IMG/VR virus record: IMGVR_UViG_3300018035_000100
Location: 1 to 60,043 of that record
DNA: 60,043 bases
Source of the DNA: a virus
Taxonomy: Duplodnaviria > Caudoviricetes
Direction: 5' to 3' (one strand)
In this document: in pieces, positions 11,401 to 19,876 of the stretch
Layout: each line of letters starts with the position of its first letter
Numbering within the stretch: position 1 is the first letter of the stretch
Notes under the pieces: model-generated
The model's database searches: none
What the model was told of the DNA's origin: nothing
The model's input: the letters and a program-made list of their open reading frames with translations, nothing else
Program-made: the position numbers and the translations under genes

Positions 11401-12434
11401 ATACAACCTCGATTTCTATAACCGGGGCTACAGGATATACATTTACTAATGGAATGATTCTGGAAATTACCGCCGATGTACTATCAATTCCAAGTTTGCA
11501 GAATACTCGTAATGGAGCAACTGTTAATTTTAGTCAACAACAAAGATCCATTTATAGTTTTACAGAATCGTTATCTTTAAGTGGAACAATTACTAATAAC
11601 AGTATAACATTTAATGCTTCAACAGGAGATTTTATTTTAGGATGTTCCTCTATAGGCACATCTTCAGGATCTTCTGCTGTATGTTTTTTAAACGATTCTA
11701 CAGCTCTTTTTGGAACCTTGGCTTATCCAATTTTAGATGGTACATCTTCTATAATTTTTAATATTAATAATTTTAATAATCAAACTGGGACGGCATCTAT
11801 ACAAGCTCTTATTCTTGAATATACTGTGCCTAGTACAATAGGAGATTCCTCTACAGGAGCTCTTATAGGCTATGATTATATACCAGTACAAACTGTTGTA
11901 TCAACCCCCAATCTGGAAATACAGACTATTACCGAGTATCCAGCAATGATTATAAGCAATAATGGTTGGGGGTCTTCTACTCAAGGAACTCCTTATATTA
12001 ATCCCATAGAACAAATTCCTATTACTTTAACGGGATATTATACAGATCAATTATTTTCTATGGATCTTATACAATTTTTAAATTATAATGTGGATAATGG
12101 TTTTATTAAGGTACCCGTTTTGATAGACGGTCAATTATATAATGTACCAATTACTTTATCTACTACTGCCATAGATTCTTTGGGGAGACAATATTTCACA
12201 TCCAGTACTCCACAAATTTCATTTATGTCTGAAGGTCTTCAACAAGAAACCTATAGAAAAATAATGGTCCCGGTCCTGGCCCGGGTCTTGGCCCCGTCTG
12301 GGCCCTTTTTGGCAGGGGAATGTGTATTGGTAGTTTTTACTTCTACTACGGCTTCTCTTGCAAATACAATAAACGGGAATGGAATAGCGGTTTATAAAAT
12401 AGCGGGGAGACCGTTAATTAGATTTACGAGATAG
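8460..12434 (+). CDS. baseplate/tail-fibre protein with inserted YCF48/BNR-type beta-propeller
   Basis: Repeated LNSIxF...GWAVGDSGTILxSxDGGxTW blades; scaffold paralogous to 19877..23014. Confidence 0.75.
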   Translation: MNLGNKVTVTNSDENYNYDSVIFASRKPMIDSDFNSAQEIQNIISQREISDLPSGWITSYPFYFDSDSTNGFYTQNPDGAKPEIALVNGRTLYITGTNTTIANTNFIDLGSPPTSGNAINGIILEMWRSVISYDSSANRPAPEIVLDNLNSINFLSDQSTGWSCGNNGIIIQTFDAGQNWTTQTINTSVNLNSIMFANSNTGYVVGDTGFISKTDTGGATWYDNLSNIDANLSSVFVYDVTGNPSSISVWAVGEYGTILKAQPDGVTFIPVNSNVTFTLNKVYFTSPLIGWAVGDSGTILKSVTGGNTWTQSISGVTVDLNSIYFYDENYGFAVGDSGTILRSSDGGATWINQSSNIIGGPVTQDLLDIAMFPQIYVSITNEEITSQLLNNNTTFFTQQKPIVDIYGNTVEFPSSDASSWISVVSDGTNRTILNVDGLTGLVTIAAADTTYTSTFVNYNYAPTNAVYAGQAWAVGTEGTILYTSNIGADWTQQTNSFTDINLNAVDFLSQTNGFICGSDATIIQTLDGSNWSFVPNNIQPNEIQRLYFEGNIQSNVFLNDNIINSQLNIGASQRVQVQYQIRVLPFANPDYAEAGLNSDILGLGPNSVGYYGYENMGPINGDSGCWQAVCPNTVDGYVYAIPIAFVGRRNTSPWSSQNLNGGHQPNTEYVRLDLLEATEIVESDVLDVRHQVIIPSIEEYFNVSVDQLLSNNLQTVLGTTTGPQYGIELLQVDRVDGASTDGGTLLSTSLSNLYLSPIPGSGDSTVGLFSGSSIITEPTDQTGTATLTLNGSGNGYFTFDPAHYFVYDIDSSAFMQGSFTGFGTPTVTFQFSGNIPDSSHVFSASGDFISYGLNTLTYTPSEAQLVKVYGSSASIFYKGILDTDTNNIIESWDSGVYGYTNYATIYQTEQLSSIQASRGSNVQITFYVQASSSNLINGVLTIPNTLQPNPTDSAVYTIYTPTIVYNVLSEFNHQISSIIKNTTSISITGATGYTFTNGMILEITADVLSIPSLQNTRNGATVNFSQQQRSIYSFTESLSLSGTITNNSITFNASTGDFILGCSSIGTSSGSSAVCFLNDSTALFGTLAYPILDGTSSIIFNINNFNNQTGTASIQALILEYTVPSTIGDSSTGALIGYDYIPVQTVVSTPNLEIQTITEYPAMIISNNGWGSSTQGTPYINPIEQIPITLTGYYTDQLFSMDLIQFLNYNVDNGFIKVPVLIDGQLYNVPITLSTTAIDSLGRQYFTSSTPQISFMSEGLQQETYRKIMVPVLARVLAPSGPFLAGECVLVVFTSTTASLANTINGNGIAVYKIAGRPLIRFTR
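12266..12293. repeat. 6-bp-periodic GC array (GGTC CC GGTC CT GGCC CG GGTC TT GGCC)
   Basis: Five phased cores inside an AT-rich CDS. Confidence 0.7.
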
Positions 12435-12753
12435 AAGATTTTTCAAGAAGATACCAGAATCGTTCTGTTTTTACGGGCCAATGAGAATATAATATAAGAT
12501 TTTGGGGTTCAATAAATCGTTTTAAAGAAGTTCCATGAATTCGTTGTCCGACTATAGAATTTTTTGTAAAACCCAATAAATTCCTGTAGTTTTTAGAAGC
12601 TATATCTTTAGCAATGTATGGTGGATCGTTACTTGACAGATAATCCGTATCAATATATTCTGCTATCCACTCATTTTCCTCTCCTTCATAAAATACAAGT
12701 TGACCTGGTCTATAACCAGAAGCAGAAGAATATAATAATTTTTTTGTTTTCAT
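12424..12753 (-). CDS. small protein of the LILYSHW..K...F..LL C-terminal motif family
   Basis: Ends NLILYSHWPVKTERFWYLLEK; N-terminal RPGQLVFY. Confidence 0.7.
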   Translation of the reverse strand: MKTKKLLYSSASGYRPGQLVFYEGEENEWIAEYIDTDYLSSNDPPYIAKDIASKNYRNLLGFTKNSIVGQRIHGTSLKRFIEPQNLILYSHWPVKTERFWYLLEKSSIS

Positions 12754-13877
12754 AAACCTTCTTCTGCCAATTTCTCTAAAAGTTCCCGAGCACTATGAGA
12801 AAGTTTTTCTGGTGTTTTTACATGAACTTGAACTAGTTGGTCTCCATAATCTTTTTGTTGTAATAGAGGGAGTCCTTTACCTTTAAGTTTTAGAACTTTT
12901 TCTGATTGTGTTCCTGCTGGAATTTTTAAACTAACTTTACCGTAAATAGTTTCTATTTCTTGAGATGCTCCCAAGGCTGCTTGAGAAAAAGTTATATCAA
13001 GTTTAGATAAAAGATCTGCTCCATGTCGTTGGAAAATAGGGTGTTGTTTTTCATTAATTATTACAATAAGATCCCCTATATCTCCACCATTAGCTCCTGC
13101 ATTTCCTTGATCTGGAATTGTTATATAATTTCCCTCAGAAATTCCTGCAGGTATAGAAACTTTTACTGTACTTTCTACAGATTCTATTCCTTCTCCGTTA
13201 CACTTAGAACAAGGATTAGAAATACTTGATCCGGTACCTCCACAAGTTGGGCATCCGTAATCCTGAATAGTTTGTCCAAAGATAGATTGGGAAACTTTTC
13301 TTACTCGTCCTTGGCCATTACAAGAAGTACATTTTTGTTTATGGCCATCTTTAGAACCGGATCCTGAACATACTGAACATCTATCTTTACGTTTTATTTT
13401 TAAAACTTTTTGGATTCCAGTGGATATTTCTTCTAAAGATAATGGTAATTTAATTTGAAGGTCACTACCCTTTACAGAATGGTTTTTAGTTCTACGTGAT
13501 CTACGACCAAAAATATTTCCGAAGGGGGATTCTCCAATATCATATTCAGTTTCTCCTTCAAAATCTTGCATAAAAGCACGGAGAGCGTCTGAAATATCGA
13601 ATCCTGCAAAACCAAAACCATTGCTGAACCCACCCGGTCCCCGTCCTTGCTGGAATGTAGATTTACCAAATTGATCATATTGAGATCTTTTTTGTGGATC
13701 CTTTAATATTTCATAAGCTTCTGTAACTTCGCGAAATTTTTCTTCTGCAATTTTATCTCCAGGATTTTTATCTGGATGAAGTTTCAAAGCTAGTTTTCGA
13801 TAAGCCGTTTTGATTTCTTCTTCAGAAGAATTTTTTTGTACACCTAAAATGTTATAATAGTCATTTGTGGTAGCCAT
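12750..13877 (-). CDS. dnaJ: full-length class A DnaJ co-chaperone
   Basis: J domain with HPD, G/F region, four CxxCxGxG repeats, C-terminal substrate-binding domain. Confidence 0.97.
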   Translation of the reverse strand: MATTNDYYNILGVQKNSSEEEIKTAYRKLALKLHPDKNPGDKIAEEKFREVTEAYEILKDPQKRSQYDQFGKSTFQQGRGPGGFSNGFGFAGFDISDALRAFMQDFEGETEYDIGESPFGNIFGRRSRRTKNHSVKGSDLQIKLPLSLEEISTGIQKVLKIKRKDRCSVCSGSGSKDGHKQKCTSCNGQGRVRKVSQSIFGQTIQDYGCPTCGGTGSSISNPCSKCNGEGIESVESTVKVSIPAGISEGNYITIPDQGNAGANGGDIGDLIVIINEKQHPIFQRHGADLLSKLDITFSQAALGASQEIETIYGKVSLKIPAGTQSEKVLKLKGKGLPLLQQKDYGDQLVQVHVKTPEKLSHSARELLEKLAEEGL

Positions 13878-13883
13878 AACTTA

Positions 13884-13912
13884 ATTATATAATTTTTTCT
13901 TAAAAAAGTAAA
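13884..13912 (-). promoter_or_regulatory. sigma70-like promoter TTTACT-17-TATAAT, probably leaderless dnaJ
   Basis: 17-nt spacer; the -10 ends 6 nt before the dnaJ ATG and there is no SD. Confidence 0.65.
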
Positions 13913-13919
13913 ATGTTTT

Positions 13920-16900
13920 TTATATGGGCAAAACTTCAGCTATTACTATTTGTTGCCATGCCGAGGTAATTGTTCCATCCATATAAGGAGTAAAACCTGG
14001 AAGAAAGAACGAGGAATAATCTGGCATTATTTGATAATATGTTGAATCTCTTAATATAACTGACGAATCTCCTAGGAAAGGGGCCCATATAGAAGTAGAG
14101 TCTATAAGCTGGGTTGGAGTTTCCGTTCTATAATTATATGGTACTAAAACTTGTGGGTTTTTGCTTGAAAATGAAGCTAATGTCCCGGTTAAATCCGAAG
14201 CAGGGTTATAGCTTGTAATCAATGGATTAATAAAAGGATAATATGAAATCTGCGGGGATGTTGTATCTAATGATAGATATACTAATGGTATATCATCCGC
14301 AAATCCTGGGTATAAATTACTTCCATCATAAATACACGACATTTCTTCATTGATTACTGATAAAACGGCACTATTAGCAATAAGATATGTAAATGACACA
14401 GTTTCTAATTCAAGAGAATATGCAGGATATATTAAACGTACAACATCTCCAGCTTGAATAATGTTACTATTCCAATAAATAATATCTTGATCGAAAGCAT
14501 AATCTTCCCCGTACATTTGAGGAGTCCCACCTTGTACATCAAAAATAACATCTTGCATATTTGTGGGAATTCGTGAAAGTGCAAGGGATTGTTCAATGGC
14601 CATTGTTGGGGTAATTATAAAATTTTCAATAATGACTGTTTCCCCTTGCCCTGTAAGTTGTATATAAAGATTAGTGTCATTATTAATAAACGTAGATTGA
14701 TTAATGATATTAGAATATGGCACCCCATTAATAGAAACAATTATATCTGAAGTAGTAGCTAAAGTTGTACTATCATGCAAAGCTGGGTATGCAGGAAAAT
14801 TAACCCATATTGTTGCTCCAGAAGTAGTGTCTGTGTATTGTACCGGTACCGTAGGGGGTAAAGTAAAACTAGTGACATCAGACATATTTTCATAAAAACT
14901 ATAAGTTATTTGATAGCATCCAGTAGGGAGTGAAAGACCTATATTAGTTACATCTACAGTAGCATCTTTAAGTGTAGCGACATCATAAAATTCCCACGGT
15001 GCATCGTCCAAAGGGGTTTCAGTTTGTTCATAAAGTGTAAATGCTGTAGTTAATCGAGTATCTTCAAGACTGGAAAGGCAACATGTTTCTCCGGTTGTAT
15101 TTTCTACTAATAATAGATCATTGTATAATTGTAATCTATTGTTAATTGATAAATCTTGTATTCGTTGTTCGTGGGTAAGATTAGTAATTGTTCCGTCATA
15201 TATCCATCTACTTTGATCAGACCAAGTTTTTTGAAACGGGGGAGTTCCAGGATTTAATATAATAGATGCAGGAATATTTTTTTTAAGATAATCATCGTTT
15301 AGAATTATGTTTTCTTCCGTATCAGTTAAGAACTCGGGACTGAAAAAATAATTATAATGATTAAAAGTACCTTTTAAATCTTTCGATGAAGCTTTGGGAC
15401 CCGGTTTTTGATAAGTATTTAACAATGTGTCAAAAGAATTAAAACTATCAGAACGGGATAAGAGATCTGTCCGGAATTTATACCCTATTTGTAATTGTTC
15501 TGGAAAGGGAACAGGATTAACGAAAGTCCCATCAATTAAATCTTCCCCATCATAAACTAAGTTGGTATCTAAATTTCGAGCTTCATCATCATATAAAAGC
15601 GAATACTCATCTGTTCCACTTTGAAAATAATTAAAAGTAAATGTATTGTCAATTGTTGGAGTATAACCAGCTGGAGAAGCTAACCAAAATGATTGATAAG
15701 GATTTAATGTAAGAAACCCACCTACAGGTTCTATATCCAAAACTGCATTAGGAATAATAGTCCCGTCTAATTGCACTATAACATCATTTGGAGAAGCTAA
15801 TATATTGCTTCCATCACCGTTTGAAATCGGAGGGTTTTGTAATTGCCATTGAGATATTCCAAAAACTATGTTTTCAACTGTAGTGTCTACGGTGGAATCA
15901 TTATAAATATAAGAGATATTTACCTGTAAAATATCCCCCAAAACGGGACGCATAAAATTCCAAGCTGTAGCATCTGTTTTTAATAAAACAGCTGAATTTA
16001 TACCTTCGTCAACCGTGTCTAATACTACATTTGTAAATGTAGTGTCTGTGGAAATATTTATAATTTCTGTTATTGATGGTACGAGATATGGTTCTGAAGA
16101 TCCTGTAGTTAAAAGATATGGGGTTATTAATGTACAATTTGATTGGGATAATAATTCGTAAGTTGTCCCATAAGATAAATTACCAATTGTGTTTATTGGT
16201 GTTATTCCGGTAAATCCTGGATAAGAGCTTAACGGGGTGGTTTCTATAGGAGATGAAAGTTGTGTAAATGGGGTTGTAAGAGATAATGTAAACCACGCTT
16301 CCCCTGTTATAGGATAAATAGAGGGATTAGAAATATCCCCACTAGTGGCATTAACACCAATGGTGTTTATTTGTATATTACCAAATGAGTCAACAATAAT
16401 TCCATTAGAGGGCTGTGAACTAATAATTGTCAAGGTTGCATTGTTATATATCGACGTATTTAATATTGATGTAATTGTAAGGCCATAGCCAGGACCATCA
16501 ATGCCCTCTATAAAAATCGAAAGAGGTCTCGACGCATATTGTTTTCCAGTGGACGGTTCTGTGACTTCTAAATATGTTTCGGAATTTATAATACTAGAAA
16601 AAACATTACTTGCAGCTTGAGTAGTGTAAGATGTTATATAACTCGTGGTTCCATCAATTAAAGATATAGTTGAATCAATATAAAAATAATTTGGAAGTAT
16701 AAGAGTATAAACATCTCCTAATAATTCTCTATCGTTAGAACTATCTCGAGCAATGGAAAATCTTGGATTTCCCATTCTTTCTTGTAAAATTATAATGTCA
16801 GTTTGATTAGTGTCAGAACCGCTACATAAATTATGACGTGTATCTTCATAGAACGAAGAAACAGAATGTTGAACTAAACTGTCGTACATTGTTGTGGGAG

Positions 16901-18200
16901 TAGTTTTAGAAGTATCTGCTAAACCCCAATGATAACTAACCCAAGGAGTGGTTCCATCTAAAGGACAGGTCGTGTCAATTCCTGTCCAAGTCCTTTGAAT
17001 AAATTCTTGAAAAAATGGAAGTTGATAATTACTTTGATAGAATTTTGCATAACTATTGTCCGACAACGTGGATATCTGATAATCTTCTATAGTTGTTTTA
17101 TCTTGATTTCCGTAGAAACTAATTCCATTGTATGGCAAATATGACAAATAATTATTAAATCCATTAATATTTCCAGGATAAAAGTTTACATCTCCTGGAA
17201 TTGTTAAATATTCCATTGTAAAAGTACTATCTAATAAAGAATTTAAATTTGTATCCTTTCCTGTTGCATCAAAGATTTCGGTTCCAGTCGAACTTGGGTC
17301 TATAACAATTCCGCAAGTATTATTATTCTGGTCTAGTGCAAATATTATTGAGTTTGTAGTGTCTATTGAAACTGTGGTATAAAAAGAATTTAATAATTTT
17401 GTGGAAGTCACTTCCATTATTTTTAAAGCAAGTAAGGCTTGATCTTGATTAAATAGGTCAGGTTCAGTAATAGAATTAAATGTAGTAAAATTATATCCAG
17501 GTATAGACCCTGCTCCCGGGTCACCCCATATAATATCGTGAGTTTTGTTTACATCTATTGTGTCTACCCATATTAATTTTGTATCGTATAAAACATGGGC
17601 AGGTTTAATAAGATTTATATAAAAATCAAGATTTTCTAAAATTAATGCTACATTAGATCCATTAGACAAAAGATCATCTATAAATAATTCTATGATCATT
17701 TTATTTGTGTCTTTTAACCCATATCCAGAGTTTGATTTACGGGCTTCTAAATATAATTCTTTAACTACTACATTTAAATTGATTAAGTTGTTAACAACAG
17801 TTTCTATAGTAGATACGGTACTTCCATTTAAATAGGCATTTCGTAATGTGAGTAATATGTTTCGAAGATCATAGTCGCTTATTGAAGAAGATAGTTGTTG
17901 TCCATATAAAAGACGATTTCCTAAAACCGGGTATAGAAAATCAGGTCTGGTAGTAGCATAAATTCCATCATTACTTACTAATTGCCCGGATAATTGTATA
18001 CGACCCGCTTCTCGAGCCAGAACCAAAAAGAGTTGGGATAAATTTGTATTTACATTTTTAGGATAATTGCTAGGGAGAAAAGTTAATAATGTAGATAGAA
18101 TAAGAGATGACTGGCTATTTAAAGATGCCCTGAATTGTTTATTATCGGGGAGTCGGTTTCTACCAATTTTTTCAGAATTAAAATAGTAATTTTGGGACAT
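13920..18200 (-). CDS. large baseplate wedge/tail protein (tail-protein-I/gp7-like N-terminus)
   Basis: LRNILLTLRNAYLNGST...LIKPAHV resembles P2 I/gp7-type wedge proteins; S/T-rich beta composition. Confidence 0.65.
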   Translation of the reverse strand: MSQNYYFNSEKIGRNRLPDNKQFRASLNSQSSLILSTLLTFLPSNYPKNVNTNLSQLFLVLAREAGRIQLSGQLVSNDGIYATTRPDFLYPVLGNRLLYGQQLSSSISDYDLRNILLTLRNAYLNGSTVSTIETVVNNLINLNVVVKELYLEARKSNSGYGLKDTNKMIIELFIDDLLSNGSNVALILENLDFYINLIKPAHVLYDTKLIWVDTIDVNKTHDIIWGDPGAGSIPGYNFTTFNSITEPDLFNQDQALLALKIMEVTSTKLLNSFYTTVSIDTTNSIIFALDQNNNTCGIVIDPSSTGTEIFDATGKDTNLNSLLDSTFTMEYLTIPGDVNFYPGNINGFNNYLSYLPYNGISFYGNQDKTTIEDYQISTLSDNSYAKFYQSNYQLPFFQEFIQRTWTGIDTTCPLDGTTPWVSYHWGLADTSKTTPTTMYDSLVQHSVSSFYEDTRHNLCSGSDTNQTDIIILQERMGNPRFSIARDSSNDRELLGDVYTLILPNYFYIDSTISLIDGTTSYITSYTTQAASNVFSSIINSETYLEVTEPSTGKQYASRPLSIFIEGIDGPGYGLTITSILNTSIYNNATLTIISSQPSNGIIVDSFGNIQINTIGVNATSGDISNPSIYPITGEAWFTLSLTTPFTQLSSPIETTPLSSYPGFTGITPINTIGNLSYGTTYELLSQSNCTLITPYLLTTGSSEPYLVPSITEIINISTDTTFTNVVLDTVDEGINSAVLLKTDATAWNFMRPVLGDILQVNISYIYNDSTVDTTVENIVFGISQWQLQNPPISNGDGSNILASPNDVIVQLDGTIIPNAVLDIEPVGGFLTLNPYQSFWLASPAGYTPTIDNTFTFNYFQSGTDEYSLLYDDEARNLDTNLVYDGEDLIDGTFVNPVPFPEQLQIGYKFRTDLLSRSDSFNSFDTLLNTYQKPGPKASSKDLKGTFNHYNYFFSPEFLTDTEENIILNDDYLKKNIPASIILNPGTPPFQKTWSDQSRWIYDGTITNLTHEQRIQDLSINNRLQLYNDLLLVENTTGETCCLSSLEDTRLTTAFTLYEQTETPLDDAPWEFYDVATLKDATVDVTNIGLSLPTGCYQITYSFYENMSDVTSFTLPPTVPVQYTDTTSGATIWVNFPAYPALHDSTTLATTSDIIVSINGVPYSNIINQSTFINNDTNLYIQLTGQGETVIIENFIITPTMAIEQSLALSRIPTNMQDVIFDVQGGTPQMYGEDYAFDQDIIYWNSNIIQAGDVVRLIYPAYSLELETVSFTYLIANSAVLSVINEEMSCIYDGSNLYPGFADDIPLVYLSLDTTSPQISYYPFINPLITSYNPASDLTGTLASFSSKNPQVLVPYNYRTETPTQLIDSTSIWAPFLGDSSVILRDSTYYQIMPDYSSFFLPGFTPYMDGTITSAWQQIVIAEVLPI

Positions 18201-18269
18201 TTAAAAACCTTAATGGAATAACAGGAGTAGCTATAAAATTCCATAGAATAGTGGCTTATTGCCTTATTC

Positions 18270-18283
18270 TATTAGAAGATTAT
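18270..18283 (-). promoter_or_regulatory. putative late-promoter motif ATAATCTTCTAATA
   Basis: Faces the 18200 start; back-to-back with a + strand copy. Confidence 0.6.
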
Positions 18284-18298
18284 TTTTTATTTAAGTCG

Positions 18299-18312
18299 AT
18301 AATCTTTTAATA
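18299..18312 (+). promoter_or_regulatory. putative late-promoter motif ATAATCTTTTAATA
   Basis: Upstream of structural gene 18371. Confidence 0.6.
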
Positions 18313-18370
18313 AATCCACCTATAATGAAAGCTATACATATTCCATAAATATATAAGAGGTTTCATTAAT

Positions 18371-18985
18371 ATGGTATTTAAAGACCGAATCCGAAAGATG
18401 TCTGAAAATTTTCTTAATTGTTTCAATTTTAAATCTGAGGACAAAATCAACGGATTACATGGAGAATATTGGATCCGCTTATATGACTCCACAACAAAAG
18501 AATTAGTAGAAGAACATCACGGGCACAATATAATTGTTAGTTCCGCTTCTACTCTTATTGCTTGGCTTTTAAAAGATACAGTTTATTCTTCAAGCCCAGT
18601 AACTAATAGCGTCGGTGGTATAGCATATTTGGCTGTAGGGAGTGGAAACCCAGCTTGGAACTTACAGAATCCTCCTGCCCCACAAATTACGCAAACAGCT
18701 CTAGTATCAGAAACTGCTAGAGTACCTTTTGGTTCTGAAAATACTACTTTCATAGATCCAGTTTCTGGAGATACAGTCTCATATCCCACAAATATTGTAG
18801 ATTATACGGCTACTTTTTCTGAAACTCAAGCAGTAGGTCCTATTGTCGAAATGGGGCTTATAGGCGGAGATGCTCAAGATACCCCGGATCCTTCTTCGGA
18901 TATTTTAGTTAGTTATAGAACTTTTCCTGTTATAAATAAATCCAATTCATTAATAATGTCCTTTACATATAGAATCACCTCTTAA
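18371..18985 (+). CDS. baseplate/tail-fibre attachment (tail-collar-like) protein
   Basis: HNIIV...IAYLAVGSG...TALVSE...IVEMGL...YRTFPVINK is a pattern typical of this phage family. Confidence 0.65.
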   Translation: MVFKDRIRKMSENFLNCFNFKSEDKINGLHGEYWIRLYDSTTKELVEEHHGHNIIVSSASTLIAWLLKDTVYSSSPVTNSVGGIAYLAVGSGNPAWNLQNPPAPQITQTALVSETARVPFGSENTTFIDPVSGDTVSYPTNIVDYTATFSETQAVGPIVEMGLIGGDAQDTPDPSSDILVSYRTFPVINKSNSLIMSFTYRITS

Positions 18986-18990
18986 TAAAA

Positions 18991-19857
18991 ATGAAAATTA
19001 TATCAAATATAAATTGCGATATGGGAAAATTTGTGATTGGGTCGGAAGATTCAAATGTTTCGTGTTTTTTTAACGGATCAAAAGTTTTGTCGTGTTCTTT
19101 AGAAGATTTATCTTCTATTGTTCCAATTATAGGAGTTCTAGTAAGTTCAGCGTGTAATAAACCTGATTCAGAAATAAAAATTATAGCGGATTCCACAAAT
19201 TCAGATTTTATAAAAGATATACAAGACACTATTGGGGATTCTGAATCAATGAAAATAAAAGTTCTCAAAAGCAAACCAGATGAAATAGAAGATAATAAAC
19301 CTGTAGAAGCAAGAATTTCTCACGATCAACTAGACAATTATAATACATCGATAAAAAATTGTGCAGATAGTGTAAATGATACTTTAGATTTGTTAAAAAT
19401 ATTATCAAAAACCAAACTACCTAAAAGTATATTATCTTCTACTGAACTTAATAATAAAATTGAAAATATGAAAACAAGCTCTTTGACTAACGTATCGGAT
19501 TATAGTATTCTATCCGAACAAACAGCAAAAGATATATATACATTAAAAATAATTAATAAACAAAGAATTGCCAGTACATTAAAAAAGAAAATAATGTTTA
19601 GAACATCACATCAAATAATAAAAAATTATAATGATTTAAAAACTGTTACAGCAACATTACTTCGAACTTATTACCCAATGTATAATATTAATTCCAGCTT
19701 TAAACAATATACAGGATATCCAGCGACTTGGTATTATGACCCATCAGTTTTTTATAATTTTGTAGAACGATACAAAGATGCTTCAGATAATCTTATTGAA
19801 TTAACCAAATATGATAATTCAATTATTGCTCCACTAACTCTAGTGGGACGAAAATAA
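18991..19857 (+). CDS. hypothetical protein
   Basis: 288-aa ORF in the structural operon. Confidence 0.55.
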   Translation: MKIISNINCDMGKFVIGSEDSNVSCFFNGSKVLSCSLEDLSSIVPIIGVLVSSACNKPDSEIKIIADSTNSDFIKDIQDTIGDSESMKIKVLKSKPDEIEDNKPVEARISHDQLDNYNTSIKNCADSVNDTLDLLKILSKTKLPKSILSSTELNNKIENMKTSSLTNVSDYSILSEQTAKDIYTLKIINKQRIASTLKKKIMFRTSHQIIKNYNDLKTVTATLLRTYYPMYNINSSFKQYTGYPATWYYDPSVFYNFVERYKDASDNLIELTKYDNSIIAPLTLVGRK

Positions 19858-19876
19858 ATTTTTAAGAGGTTACAAA

